This document shows positions 1 to 11,879 of a stretch of 64,000 nucleotides of DNA, one piece after another (the first letter of the stretch is position 1; each line of letters begins with the position of its first letter). This DNA is from Heteronotia binoei (Eukaryota): contig NC_083225.1 of the NCBI RefSeq assembly GCF_032191835.1, forward strand, positions 148,924,001-148,988,000, written 5' to 3'. A program made the position numbers and the translations under genes. The notes under the pieces were generated by a model. That model ran no database searches. It was not told the DNA's origin and saw only the letters and a list, made by a program, of their open reading frames with translations.

Positions 1-165
1 CCCAAATCTTTAGTGCCCCACAACATGTCAATTCTAGAGAAAGAATTATGTCTTGCTGAAAAAAAGGTATAGTCCCGTACATCAGAATTAAATTTCCTCT
101 ATATATCTTCCAGATTTTCTTGTTTAACCAGTTCAAAAAAAGATTTTGGCAATTTTCCTTCTTTA

Positions 166-426
166 TTATTTTTTTTTACCAGATCTATCCAATGCATTCT
201 GAATTGTTCCATTAAAGTCCCCCATTATCAAAACTTGATCATGTGTCAGTTCATCAAGTTGTTGTGTAATATCCTTAAAAAATACATCTTTCGCTCCATT
301 TGGCGCGTACAATCCCAATAACAATGGTTTTTTCCCATTCAAATTTATTTGTACTGCTACATATCTTCCATTTTTATCTTTAAATACTAATTTCTGATCC
401 AATTCCTGTTTAACATAAAAAATCAC
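166..426 (-). pseudogene. L1 ORF2 apurinic endonuclease fragment
   Basis: YAPN and GDFN motifs; frameshifted relative to neighbouring ORF2 sequence. Confidence 0.85.
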
Positions 427-639
427 TCCCCTTTTCTTCTGCTCGGCCAGGGATTTTTCTTCATAAAAATTTATAATCCTTCTGTTTTATATGTACTTCT
501 TGTAGACATTGTATATTACAATTTTGCTTTTTAATCCAATGAAATGTTGCCCTTCTTTTTTGTGGTGAATTTAGTCCATTTACGTTCCAAGATAATAATT
601 TGTAATCCATCATGGTGCAAATTCTTTATGTTCTTCATA

Positions 640-1358
640 AAATCTATGCAGTTCCTGTTCATTTGTAATTGTGAGTCTTTTTCCCTGAAGTTCAAAGCTC
701 AAACCTTCAGGTATTATCTATACCTCATTTCATTGTCCCGTAATTTCTCTGTCAATTTTTTGTATGTTCTTCTGTCATTTATCACTTGCCTTGGTAATTC
801 CTTCATGATACTTACTCTGCTACCTGCCACTATCAATGTCTTTTCAAAAATTTTGTTCATGATCTTCCCCACCATTTCTTTTGTCATATATCTTATGACC
901 ACATCTCTTGGTAGATTATTTTTTTTTGGCATAGAATGAGTTCACTCTATACATATAGCCATACATATTTTTAGTCTCTTCAGGATCTTCCTCCAAGAAT
1001 TCTGCAATTATTTTTATTATATATTATTTCAAGTCACTCTCATCCTTTTCAGGTACTCCTCTCAGACGTATCTGAGTCTCCATCAATTTGTAGTCATGGA
1101 TTGCCACTTTTTCCTGTATTTTCAACAAGGTGGAATGATGTACTTTCATTCTCCCTTCTACCTCCTGCACTTTCTTAGATGTTTCTTCAGTCTCATTTCT
1201 GAGATCCTCACTATCTTTTTAAATCTCTTCTATAATTTCTTTGAGGCAGTTATCATGTCTTTCATGCCTTTCATCATTCTAGCCTTCATTGACTCTAATT
1301 GTTCCTGCGTTTTCTCCAGAGAGGTAGCCCTTGTACGGGTTTGCTTATGCTCTGACAT
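640..1358 (-). pseudogene. L1 ORF1 (coiled-coil plus RRM/CTD-like), disrupted
   Basis: ATG at ~1358, heptad-like K/E/M-rich N-terminus, C-terminal piece in ORF 714-932; frameshifts; lower boundary approximate. Confidence 0.7.
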
Positions 1359-2945
1359 TTAAAAACACCAACAATTTTATGCTCACCAATTTAAAATTTA
1401 ACTATCAAGTTTAAAAGATTAGAGCTTACTTTTTCCAACAAGCCTAATTTAGCCATCCTCAGAGCCTCCTAGGCTGAAATATTATTTTTTAAAATTTTTA
1501 TTTCTTTCAAAATGGAAGTCGTGACTTTCTACTTCCCTTTAAAAAAAATTTCCTTTAAAAGCTTCTAAAATCCAATATTGACAATAATGTTCAATAGTAT
1601 TTATCCTTTCATCACCATCTCAACTATTTCCAAAAATTATTAATGTCCCAAACACCTTAAAATTATTATTTTAATTTTGACCTCCTTGCAATGGCTGCCA
1701 ATGTTTTTTTATGGTATTGTAGTCCTAGAGTAGGCTTTTCATCTAATGCTTCCTCCTTAACTTGCCACCAAATCCCGTTTTCGCTGGTAGAGAGATCTCA
1801 CGATACTTGACGTACTTCCTGTGTTAACTGTGTATGCTGCAGGTCTGTGATGATGGTGCTCTTTTTTCAAAACCGCAAGTAGACCAAACAAGAAATTCCT
1901 TCTCACTTTTTAGCACTGTCATTTAAATTTAAAATGTCCAAATTTCACCTCTTCATCCCTTCTTCCAAGCATTCTAGATTTCCATTTCCCACCTTTTGAA
2001 TTTATTCTGTTTAACTTTAAATAGTCCTGGAATGAAATATAGTAATCTGTACCTTCTCTGCAAATTATCCAGAGCCACACCGGTCTTGTGTAGCTTTAGA
2101 TGTTTAGTAATGTCCAAGAAGGTTAGAATTCTGTCGAGCTTATGTCAAATAAATGACTCTGGAAACTTCTGCAGATGATGAAAATGCAACTCTTCTTCGG
2201 AGACCCCTCAAAGGAGCCTCCCCCCCCCCTTCCCCCGGGACTCCCTTTCAGCCAAGGTAAATCTCCTCAATGTTTTCTGTGCATATCTTGGACTAATCTC
2301 TGACTGAGAAAAGTAGGCAGTAGGCATTAATTTGCCCGAACAGTGGTTCCAGCCTGCTCCCTTTATGAGAAGCAGCTCAGCTCGGCATTTTCCTACCCCG
2401 GAAGTTCCAATTCAACCCTCAATGTTAAGCTGTTGACTTCAATGGACTGTGAAGGGTGTAACCCACTTAGGATTCCTGGTGACTCCTGGAAAATAATAAA
2501 GGTGAGAACAACCTTCATAGGTGGATATGGCCAGCATATATAATATATTGCTATTATTATTGCAGCTATGATTACAGCATCTCAAAAGGCAGGCCTCTAT
2601 AGTATATTATATATTTAAAAAGAATAAGCTCTGTCTGCAGTCTTACAATTGATGTACCAGTATAGATTGCATCTTACAGCCGGGGGAGTTTTAAATTTCT
2701 CACTGCTGTTTTCCTTCCTTTTAAATGCATGTTAATTATGCTGACCTTTGGGGTAATTTGATTCTGACAAGCACCATGGCAGCTGAGCACCAGGCTGTCA
2801 TTTTGATAAGCACCAGGAGACTGAACATTATTACAGTCTCAAAATCAAAGTAAGGGTTTGGGTTTAAAGCTGCTTCAGCAGGTATCAAAATGACAGGTGA
2901 CCCTCCTTCTATTCCCTACACATCTCTCCCCATCACTGGTCCAGA

Positions 2946-3712
2946 GGCTAGTCTGGTGTAGTGGTTAAGTGCACAGACTCTTATCTGCGAGAACCAGATT
3001 TGATTCTTCACTCCTCCACTTGCAGCTGCTGGAATGGCCTTGGGTCAGCCATAGCTCTGGCAGAGGTTGTCCTTGAAAGGGCAGCTGCTGTAAGAGCTCT
3101 CTCAGCCCCACCTACCTCACAGGATGTCTGTTGGGGGGGAGGTAAAGGAGATTGAGACCATTCTGAGACTCTGAGACTGATTACAGACAAGCACTTTGGG
3201 CCGACTCAGAGATGCCTCTGAAGTCGTCCCAAAATCCCTCAGCACACAAACATCTGCTGGGCGTCCTCCGCACTCACCCCATCCTTCTGGCCACTCCACC
3301 CAGCTCAAAAAGCTAGTGAAAGTGGTAGCAAATATTTGAGCTGTCAGTCAGTTGCTGGATTGCAGTCTGAACAGGGAAGGGTGCACAGGAGGTGACTTGG
3401 CGGTCTGGAGCTGCCAAGTCACTCCAGGCTGTTCCTTTTTTAAAAAATTGCAACCAATCAGAGCGCTGGTGCTCCCCTGAGAAAATAAATGAATCCAGCT
3501 TCCAGGTTGCCTTCCCGTGCAGTGGCGCCCAGTCACCTCATGGACGGGATGCTGGTGGCATGCGGGTGAGCATGGGGAAGCTCCAAGATGGCTCTTTTTG
3601 TGCCACCCCACTTCGGGATGCCTCACAGCTGCCCAAGAATGCCCGTCTGTTCTCAACCTGAGATTCAGAGTATAGGGTGGGATACAAATCCAATCTCCTC
3701 CTCCTCTTTCTA
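2946..3712 (+). mobile_element. Squam3-like tRNA-derived SINE interrupted by a MITE at 3175-3658
   Basis: Head GGTGTAGTGGTTAAG...TTTGATTC (pol III A/B boxes); body shared with 4 other copies; 3' end CTGAGATTCAGAG...AATCCAAT(CTC)n resumes after the MITE. Confidence 0.85.
3175..3658. mobile_element. PIF/Harbinger-like MITE
   Basis: Degenerate TIR GACTGATTACAGAC / GTCTGTTCTCAACC; 3-bp TSD TGA at 3172-3174 and 3659-3661; splits a SINE. Confidence 0.6.
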
Positions 3713-3718
3713 TAGGAC

Positions 3719-4843
3719 TGTGACGGAACTGGCCCAATTCTGCCTTCAGACCCGGTCCTGTCAACTCCCTATTGAGTCGCCAACTCCTGGAGGGAGCTAT
3801 TTCTCCTCCTGCCACTTGGGCTCGCTGCCACCACCTGCTCAGTCTACGGGTTCAGATTGAGAGGAACAGGACTCCCAATCCCCCTCTCCAGCTACGAGGC
3901 CAGGCCTCAAGGCCCTCTGCCACCCAGTACTTGGGTGTCACAGAGACCACAGCACTTCTTCGGGGAACCCCTGGAGGATTGGCACCTTATCCAACTGCAT
4001 GCCTTCCCCCTTCCCCGGGGCCCCCTTCTTAAAGCAGCGTGGTCTAAAGCAGTTGGGGATCTATGTGGTACAGAGTTTGACTGCCAGCATTCAAAACAGC
4101 AAAAATATTTAATTAAAAGAGAAAAAGAAAAGAAGAACAAAACAAAAACAGTTGCATGTAAAAGGTTAGCACAGCACAGCACCCGCACAGCAAACAGCAT
4201 GACAAAGAAAAGAAGAAGAAGAAGAAGAAGATATTGGATTTATATCCCGCCCTCCACTCCGAAGAGTCTCAGAGCGGCTCACAATCTCCTTTACCTTCCT
4301 CCCCCACAACAGACACCCTGTGAGGTGGGTGGGGCTGGAGAGGGCTCTCACAGCAGCTGCCCTTTCAAGGACAACCTCTGCCAGAGCTATGGCTGACCCA
4401 AGGCCATGCTAGCAGGTGCAAGTGGAGGAGTGGGGAATCAAACCCGGTTCTCCCAGATAAGAGTCCGCACACTTAACCACTACACCAAACACCAAAAAAG
4501 GTGGTTATAAACGCATCCTACTGTCCCTAGTCTAAACTTGCCCTGCTTTATGGATGACTTACTTGGTCTGACTGCCTGGGGGCCTCCTTTTCCTGAGTAG
4601 GCCTATCCCACAGTCAGGAGCCCCCATGCTCACAACCTCCTCCTTTGAGCGCCAGCTGAGGACTGCCTTTCTTCCTGGTTAACTCAAATGCAAAGGACAA
4701 AAGAACTTCCTGCCGCTCTAGGAGGCTTTCCCCCTAGAGTTGCTGGTTTGGCTCTGGAAGGGAGGGGGGGTTGGAGGGAGGCTAGGCCAAAGCCTGCTTA
4801 GCAGTTTCATGTTCCCTCCCAACTAAGATGGCGTTTCTCCGCA
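3719..4843 (-). mobile_element. Solo LTR (TG...CA) with a SINE inserted at 4204-4490
   Basis: 5-bp TSD AGGAC at 3714-3718 and 4844-4848; TG/CA termini; minus-strand TATA-like site (~4505) and ATTAAA (~4110). Confidence 0.7.
4204..4490 (-). mobile_element. Squam3-like SINE, full length
   Basis: Reverse complement of the same SINE family; (GAA)n tail at 4209-4230. Confidence 0.9.
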
Positions 4844-4897
4844 AGGACAGTAAGTAAAGACATACAAAAACTGTATACCTGAAAGTGGAGTCAGGAG

Positions 4898-5113
4898 CAA
4901 TGTTCCCTCTAAGCTGCAGAGTTTTGTGAGCAACAATTCTACTTTGTGAGCTACTGGCATTAGAGTTGTGAGCTACTGGCATTAAAGTTGTGAGCTACTG
5001 CATAAATTAGTGTGCTTTGGAGTCTTCCTTCCTGAGCTAAGACAAAAATGTATGAGCTGGAGGCTAAAAATCTGTGAGCTAGCTCATGCTAACTCACCTT
5101 AGAGGGAACACTC
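4898..5113. mobile_element. hAT-type MITE with internal 22-bp tandem repeats
   Basis: TIR CAATGTTCCCTCTAAG / CTTAGAGGGAACACTC; perfect 8-bp TSD GTCAGGAG (4890-4897, 5114-5121); TTGTGAGCTACTGGCATTARAG x2.6. Confidence 0.85.
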
Positions 5114-6227
5114 GTCAGGAGCATTTACAGTGCTGTTCTAAGCAGAGTTGTGCCTTTCTAAGCCCATTGGACTAAGAGGGATGTATCTGCCTAGGTGACA
5201 CCATTAGTATCTTTGTGGATTAGTTTACATACTCCTGCAAACATGCATCACTCTATCCAGAGTCACTAAGAATCAGGGGAAATGTGGTTCCTATGGTGAC
5301 CACTGCCCTTAGATGTTGATATAAGCATGCATAGCTGTATCCATGACATTGAAAACCATGGGATCTTCAATTCTCATGGTTATTCATTAGCATCAGTGTG
5401 GTTACTATTTAGTGACAGCATGTAGAAATTAACAGAGTTTTACTGTAGACATCTGCCATGAGTTGTTCCAGGTAAGTAGGTAAATGGGGGTGGTGTTAAT
5501 GGGGGATTAGGGAGTGCTTCCCTTGGAGTGCTGTGAGGCAGGACAAGTCCACATAAGACGCAATTCAAGTACTGACTGAAGTGATTTCCACATGGAGTTT
5601 GCTAGGCTATTAAAATTACTGTGTTTTCCCCCCAATTTTAAATACAGTATCATTTGCCAGCCATTCGTCTGCCAATTTCCTCTCATGTTTTCCCTGTGCT
5701 TTGTCAGAACACCTTTGCACCAATATTTTTGGATGGAACACACCTGAACACTTTTTGTGGCATCTATACAGTATGCTGCACTTTGTCCTGCTCGCATCCA
5801 ACCATTTCCACACCCCACTTGTTTGACTCCTTCCACCCCCCCCCCCCCAACTGCTTTCTCTGGCAGCATCAGCCATTTAAAAAAAATTACAAACATGTTG
5901 ATATACTGCCATAACCAACAACCATAAACTGAGTTACTGGGAGGGGGCAGTCTTGTCTTACAGTAAAATGGTATGCTTAGCTACTAAGGTTCATTTTGTT
6001 TCTTTAATATGAAGATTGCTAAAAGTCACTTCTGAGTTGATCAGACAAAGGCAGATTAGTGAATTGAATTACCAAGGATGAGAAGGGAGGAGGACCCAGA
6101 TCCATGCTTGTCTATTTCTTTCTCTCACACGCAAAAACGGTTCCTGATTCTCTGAGGGACCAGAGAATACCAGAGTAGCTGGAAACAGGGAGAGGAATAA
6201 GACAGGAGTCCCTGCTGGTGATGACAC

Positions 6228-6445
6228 AGGGTTGCCAGCTCTGGATTGAGAAATATCTGGAGATTTGAGGGAGGGAGTCCACGGAGGGTAGGGTTTGTGG
6301 AGAGGGCAGGACCTTAGCATTGTACAAAATCATAGAGTCCATCCTCCAAAGCAACCATTTTCTCCAAGGGATCTGATTTCATTTTCTGGAGATCAGATGT
6401 AATAGTGGGAGATCTCCAGGTCCCACTTGGAGATTGGAAACCCCA
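6228..6445. mobile_element. TAGGGTTGCCA-family hAT-type MITE
   Basis: Termini AGGGTTGCCA / TGGAAACCCC; internal sequence shared with many copies in the window; TSD not resolved. Confidence 0.7.
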
Positions 6446-6645
6446 CAGGTAGTTATTGATATGCTGAATTTCATCCCAGTTGATTGTGGGGATGAGTTTC
6501 CCATATCCAAGAAAAGTGATGGGGTTGGAAAGCTAGAGAGAAGGAAGGATGTGTTGCACAGTGTTTGTATATGTCTGAAAGAGAGAGAAGCATGGAGATA
6601 GGTCCTCCCCCTCTTCCTGCTTTAATAGGGGGTCCCAGAAAGCCA

Positions 6646-6859
6646 CAAGGTTGCCACCTTCCAGGAGGGTCATGGAGATCTCCCACTGTTGCAACTGATT
6701 TCTAGATGACAGAGATCTGTTCCCCTAGATAAAATAGACTGGAGGGTAGAGTCTATGGCATTATACTCCTCTGAGCTCCCTCCCATCTCCAAACACCACT
6801 TTCCCAGGTTCCAACCCACAAATCTCCAGGTATTTCTGAATCTGAAATTGGCAACCCTA
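6646..6859. mobile_element. TAGGGTTGCCA-family hAT-type MITE (opposite orientation to 6228)
   Basis: Termini CAAGGTTGCCA / TGGCAACCCTA; TSD not resolved. Confidence 0.7.
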
Positions 6860-7554
6860 AGCCTGAATAGGTTTGCTTGGGTTTTTTAGGGGACATTGGG
6901 CTGTTTAAAAATACAGCCTCGGGTCTAGAAAAACTCTCTATTACCCTGGGAACACCACTTTGTGTTATCACACAGTGAGTGCAAAAGAAAAAAAAGATTT
7001 TAAAGGAGCAGTACATTGCTGCCTCTGTAGGGATGAAAGTGCTGATTGAACTAAAATGAGATCTTTCAACAGATCATGTGCAAGGAAAAGCCCAACTAAC
7101 CAACTTTAAAAAAGCAGATGAGAGCAACCCATCAGGAAACAGACTTGTAAGAGTACTTCAGCTGGAAGAACAGTGGCAACATAGAAATTATAGAACAAAT
7201 ATTTTGTGTGGAAACAGCCTACATTGTTGAATGTCTGGAGGATATTATTGGAGGAATTAACTGTTATGCCATGGCAGATGTTACATTCTGTTATTTTATA
7301 AATGCACATAAAAAGTCAGTTCTTTTCCAAACAATATAACAATTACTCTGATTAAATCACAAAGAAAGAGGAAAGCATGTTCATCAATGAGATGACAAAC
7401 CACATTCTGGGGGGTTTTTTCCTACAGAAATTGGGTCAGTTTGTAAAATTAGCCATATTTAAATTTCCAACATGTTCAGTTTCATGAGCAAGTCATCGAG
7501 TTTTCTGGAAACATTGAACATCTGCACATTCCATTGGTTTCAGAGACGTAAAAA

Positions 7555-7738
7555 CAGGTCTTTTTGTGTATCAGGAATTCATTTGCATGTTAGGCCACAC
7601 ACCCCTGATATAGCCAATCCTCCTGGAGCTTACAGTAGGCCCTGTACTAAAAGCCCTGTAAGCCCTTGGAGGATTAACTACATCATGGGGTGTGTGGCCT
7701 AATATGCAAATGAGCTCCTGTTACCAAAATAAGCCCTG
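7555..7738. mobile_element. Palindromic hAT-type MITE carrying octamer motifs
   Basis: TSD CGTAAAAA / CATAAAAA (7/8); ATTTGCAT at 7581 and ATGCAAAT at 7704. Confidence 0.8.
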
Positions 7739-7744
7739 CATAAA

Positions 7745-8165
7745 AACATAAGAACTTAAGAAGAATTTAGCTGGATCAGACCAATAATCCATCTGTTGCA
7801 GCATCCTGCCCCACACGGTGGCCAACCAGTTCCTCTGGATGGCCAACGTAGAAGCCAAGACCTTCCTTGTATGTTGCCTCCTGGCTCTGGGATTCAGAGG
7901 CTTAGTGCTTCTGAATGTGGAAGTTCCCCTCAGTTACCATCACTAGTAACCATTGACAGACTTATCCTCCACGAATCTATCTAATCCCTTTTAAAGCTGC
8001 TTATTCCTGTGGCTGCTATATCCTCTGGCAGCAAATTCCACATTTTAATTACTCTTTGTGTAAAGTAGTATTTCTTTGTTTTGTTGCTTTTAGCAACCTG
8101 CTCCTCAAAATCTCTTTTAGCATGCCTAATTATTGACTTACATTTATTTTGCCAGACTGCTTTAT
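7745..8165 (-). mobile_element. CR1 LINE 3' end with internal deletion
   Basis: (TTCTTATG)-type tail at ~7745-7760. ORF 7981-8175 joins the tether region (KCKSIIRHAKRDFEEQVAK) directly to the ORF2 C-terminus (KYYFTQRVIKMWN). Confidence 0.8.
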
Positions 8166-8228
8166 TGTCATACAATTACATAAAATGAAAGTACGTGTTT
8201 ACTTTCACTGGTAACAGTGGGCATTTAG

Positions 8229-8567
8229 TAGGGATGGGCATGAACTGTAAAAATGTGGTTCAGTTTGTAGTTCATGGCCCCAGCAAACCTCATTTAAAGG
8301 GACCATAATCCCTCTTTCTGTTCTGGCCAAGAACTGGTACTAATCTTTATTTTCATCTGCAGAAATAACACTAAAATTATTGGGTAGAGGTAGAAGTTCT
8401 GGTTTGTATAACCCTACATGACATCTGTTGGTAGCCCCCACAAATGGCTTTAAAAGCTCATGGAAATCTGTGTCTGTGGAACCATCATGGACTTTGGTTC
8501 CCAAACCACAAACAAGGCAAAGTTCATCACCAATTTTGCTTCATCATTCAGTTCATGCCCATCCCTA
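8229..8567. mobile_element. hAT-type MITE (TAGGGATGGGCA termini) containing an inverted copy of flanking DNA
   Basis: TIR TAGGGATGGGCATGAACTG / CAGTTCATGCCCATCCCTA; degenerate TSD GCATTTAG/GCACCTTG; 8343-8441 is the reverse complement of 8708-8830. Confidence 0.8.
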
Positions 8568-11500
8568 GCACCTTGCATCTTTTAAAAACCACATCTTTCC
8601 TTGATGTGGCTTAATAGCTTTAATATGTCTAAATATTGGTGTAGATTTTCATATCTCTAAGCAAAGGGCTGTCCCCCCCCCCACTTATGGACAGTCCAAT
8701 CCACACAGTGGGGGCTACCATGTAGATGTCATGTAGGGTTATACAAACCAGAACTCCCAGACACATAAAATTCTTACTTCTACCCCTACCCAGTAATTTT
8801 AGTGTTATTTCTGCAGATGAAAATAAAGATTTTACAGTCATTAGAATAACTGAATTAGGTTCCAATCAAACTTATTTGCATATAAGAAATTATATCTAGG
8901 CTTATAGCCTTAAATCTGAAAAGCCAGCATTTCCAGGCTGATATAGAAGCAGTTTTACATGTGAACATCTGCTTTATATTTCTTTATAACATTTCTTTGT
9001 AGATCTCTGATAGTGCAAATTAAAAATAAGAAGCAAATATTTTTGGGACTAAAATTCCAATAGGCCATCACTGTGATCGTATCTAATAGAAAGGGCTGCC
9101 CTCTCCCAATCTGGCTTGTCAAATCAGCTCAACAGGGCCAGCCAGAATTATCACACAGACTTCTGCAAATCCAGGGGGACTCCAAAGACTGCAGGGGAAA
9201 AAAACTTACTTAAAATAATGTAGTAATTTAAAAAAATCCCAAATGGTCCACAAAAGCTACAGGGAAAGCCGTGGTGACATGAGGAGGAGGCAAGGAAGAG
9301 TTGGGATATGAGGGGGAGCTTTAGCCAATGGAGAGTGGGGGAACCATTGCTGGCAGCAAGCAGGAGGGGGAGCAAGAGCTTGTGGCAAGGACAAGCAAGT
9401 GGAATGGGATTTTCCTCTTGACCATAATTCCTTCCTGATCCCTCATCTGTCATGTCTTATCATTATCTTATCCCAATATTTTGTGGGGCCCAATGTCATT
9501 GGACAACATAGTCTGAACTTTTTGTCCAGTACAGCAATGTTTTATAACATGCATGAAGGACTGCCTCTGTAAGAGCTTTCCCCATTCATCTGCCTGTACA
9601 ATCATTTGCATGTACAGAGCTACCTTTTCCATTGAAGTGCATGTAGAAGATGTTGCCTGTAGCAGAGAAGGATGTCTACTGCAGCTGATTATCAACAAGG
9701 AAACACTGGGTCAGGGCAATTAACTCTTACCATCTATCAGCTTTAGGTGCTGAAGTGCAATCAATAAAATGACTACTGCAGCAACTACAGTGGCATGCTA
9801 AACAATATCAATGAAACAGAGAGGTTTTCTTCTGCCTTGCTTACCACAAAAAAACCATTGCTTTTCTACTAGGAAATTACCATATAGAGCTGTGCAGCTC
9901 TTCTTTATTTTTGAAGCTAATAAGCTTTACATAAGATGGAGCATAACCAGCCATGTATACCCTACCGTAATCATATTCTCACCCAGGGTTGCCTCTGTTC
10001 CTCAGGTGAAGAATCTGAGTCAGGAAACTGGGAAATGGCTCACAGTGATAAAACATCACATCCAATTCAAAACACTGTTATTCAACAACATTAATGGCTG
10101 AATTTCTGATTGCTCCAAGTGCCTGGAGATTTTGATGCTCACTATCCAGGAGATCTCGCTGTTAGTGCTATGGTTCTTTAACTTCTTCCTCTGGGTTATA
10201 TATATTGCTGAGTTTTCAGACAACCAAAAAAAATCTTATCAGTTTATCCTTGGGGATTTGTTAGTTGGTGCCATGCCCTTTGTTACAAAGTGGTGTCTCT
10301 GAGTGGTATGAATAATTCATAGCTAACAGCTGGGATGAAGAGAGGTTTGAAGGCAGCAGGTAGGACTGGGATACAACCAAGACGCTTTCACCCAGCAACT
10401 TCTTGATTACATTTATTTTTGCCAGACTGCGACTTCTTGATTACACATAGTACTGACTCTTGGTGTCCTCAGCTACTCAGCTTCTGATTTTTCACACTTC
10501 TCTTTACCCTTAATCTTCAGCATCTTGTAGTCATTCCATGACCACTTTTCATGATCATCCCTCCCCTTAGCTCCTCCCCTCCTTCTGCCTCAGAACTCCC
10601 TTCTGGGTTCCTTTATACCATTTACCTTCATTGACTCATCCAATATGGGTTAGAACACACTGAGAGGAGGTAGGGCTTTCCATGGGAGGCTTGGCACAAA
10701 TGCAGAGCTTTCTCTAGTGGTTTAGACAAGGAATCCAAATAACTTTTCTTCTGATATTCCTCTTCCTCTTCCATCTTTTGCAAACCTGAGGCCCATTAAG
10801 TTTGATGAAAAATCTTCCTCCTCTCCCCATGGCCCCAATCCTTTGATTTGAGTATCTGTAGTTGGGGCCATGTTGTTACCTAAATTGGCAGTCTCCTAAG
10901 TAGTTAGGGAAATTAGCTTAAATGGAGATAGAACAAGAGGTGGGTAACTTGGGATCTCCACTATGTATACCAGGATTTTCCCTTAGAGAACTCTCAAAAT
11001 CAACCAGTCAGATGTTCAATTGGAAGTAATTTTACTGAAACATAATAAAAAGGCAAACATACACACAAACACAATGAAACTCATACAAGCTAACTAAGAG
11101 GATAGGGAAGATAGTTATTCGGAGAGGTGATATTTATCAATCTAGAAGCTCAAGCTCTTCAGAGACAGTGAATGATCAGTTTTTCATGGACAATAGGAGA
11201 TCGCCAACATGCAAGTGGGGGTGTATGAAGGCAGGCACACACAAATGGAGCAGAGTGTTTTCAGTTATAGGGAAAATGTTGCTGGGGCTATGCTGCTGTG
11301 ACCATCTCATGATCACCCCAAAACAATAGCTTGATCACTTTCCTGGGAATGATCAAAGGTATTGGGAAACCTTTTTTAAAACCCACTTTAGAAAGGAGGC
11401 AGATTGTAGTGTCTGAAACCTAAGTACCTCATTCTCACCATTATCCAAATCTGCACTTTAATAAACACAAATTATTCTACATGTATTTACTTTAACATAC

Positions 11501-11865
11501 TCTCACCCTTTGATCCAAAGACCCCTGAGGTGGCTAATGAAAATGAAAACATCAGTTAATATTCAGATCTATGCACATTATTAAAAAACATTAACAAACA
11601 TGTTCCTATTACTTAAGTTTGATATAGAATAATTAATAGAAATGAGCAGCATTTGCCATGAGTCTCTACATTTGCTTGGCATTTGGCTAGAGCTGCTGAA
11701 TGCCTGACAGCACAGTGAAGGATATTTTTTTTTAAAGACCAACCAAAACTTTTCTCATCTGGTCTCCATAATCTGGCTGATTTTACCATCCCTTTGAACA
11801 ATGGAAAACTGCCTGAATACTTAAGAGCGTATTGTACTTAGTGAAACACAATGTTCAGCTACTAG

Positions 11866-11879
11866 GTTGCCTTAGCAAC
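11866..11879. promoter_or_regulatory. RFX X-box consensus match
   Basis: GTTGCCTTAGCAAC in non-repeat DNA; motif match only. Confidence 0.35.

Larger units (their letters stand above)
1..2408 (-). mobile_element. L1-clade LINE, 5' portion (5'UTR, ORF1, start of ORF2 endonuclease); runs off the window edge; frameshifted
   Basis: Minus ORF 166-426 has APE endonuclease motifs (GLYAPN, IMGDFN). Minus ORF 714-932 (PRDVVIRY...IMKELPRQVINDRRTYKKLTEKLR) resembles the L1 ORF1 C-terminus. A coiled-coil-like start MSEHKQ... lies at ~1358. The 5' end reads GGAACTTCCGGGG on the minus strand at ~2408. Confidence 0.85.

Noticed and set aside
3857-4396. 179-aa ORF with K/R runs
   Set aside because: Spans a solo LTR and the (GAA)n SINE tail; composition explained by repeats
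4944-5000. 22-bp tandem repeats, considered as a CRISPR-like array
   Set aside because: No spacers, eukaryotic context, lies inside a TSD-flanked MITE
5430-5477. Donor-like CCAG|GTAAGT with a short upstream open frame
   Set aside because: No convincing acceptor or recognisable peptide; cannot be supported as an exon
8754-8777. Segment missing from the captured copy starts GTAAG and ends AG on the minus strand, suggesting splicing
   Set aside because: Only 23 nt are missing (one base off a GT-AG excision) and it is far below minimal intron size; microhomology deletion fits better
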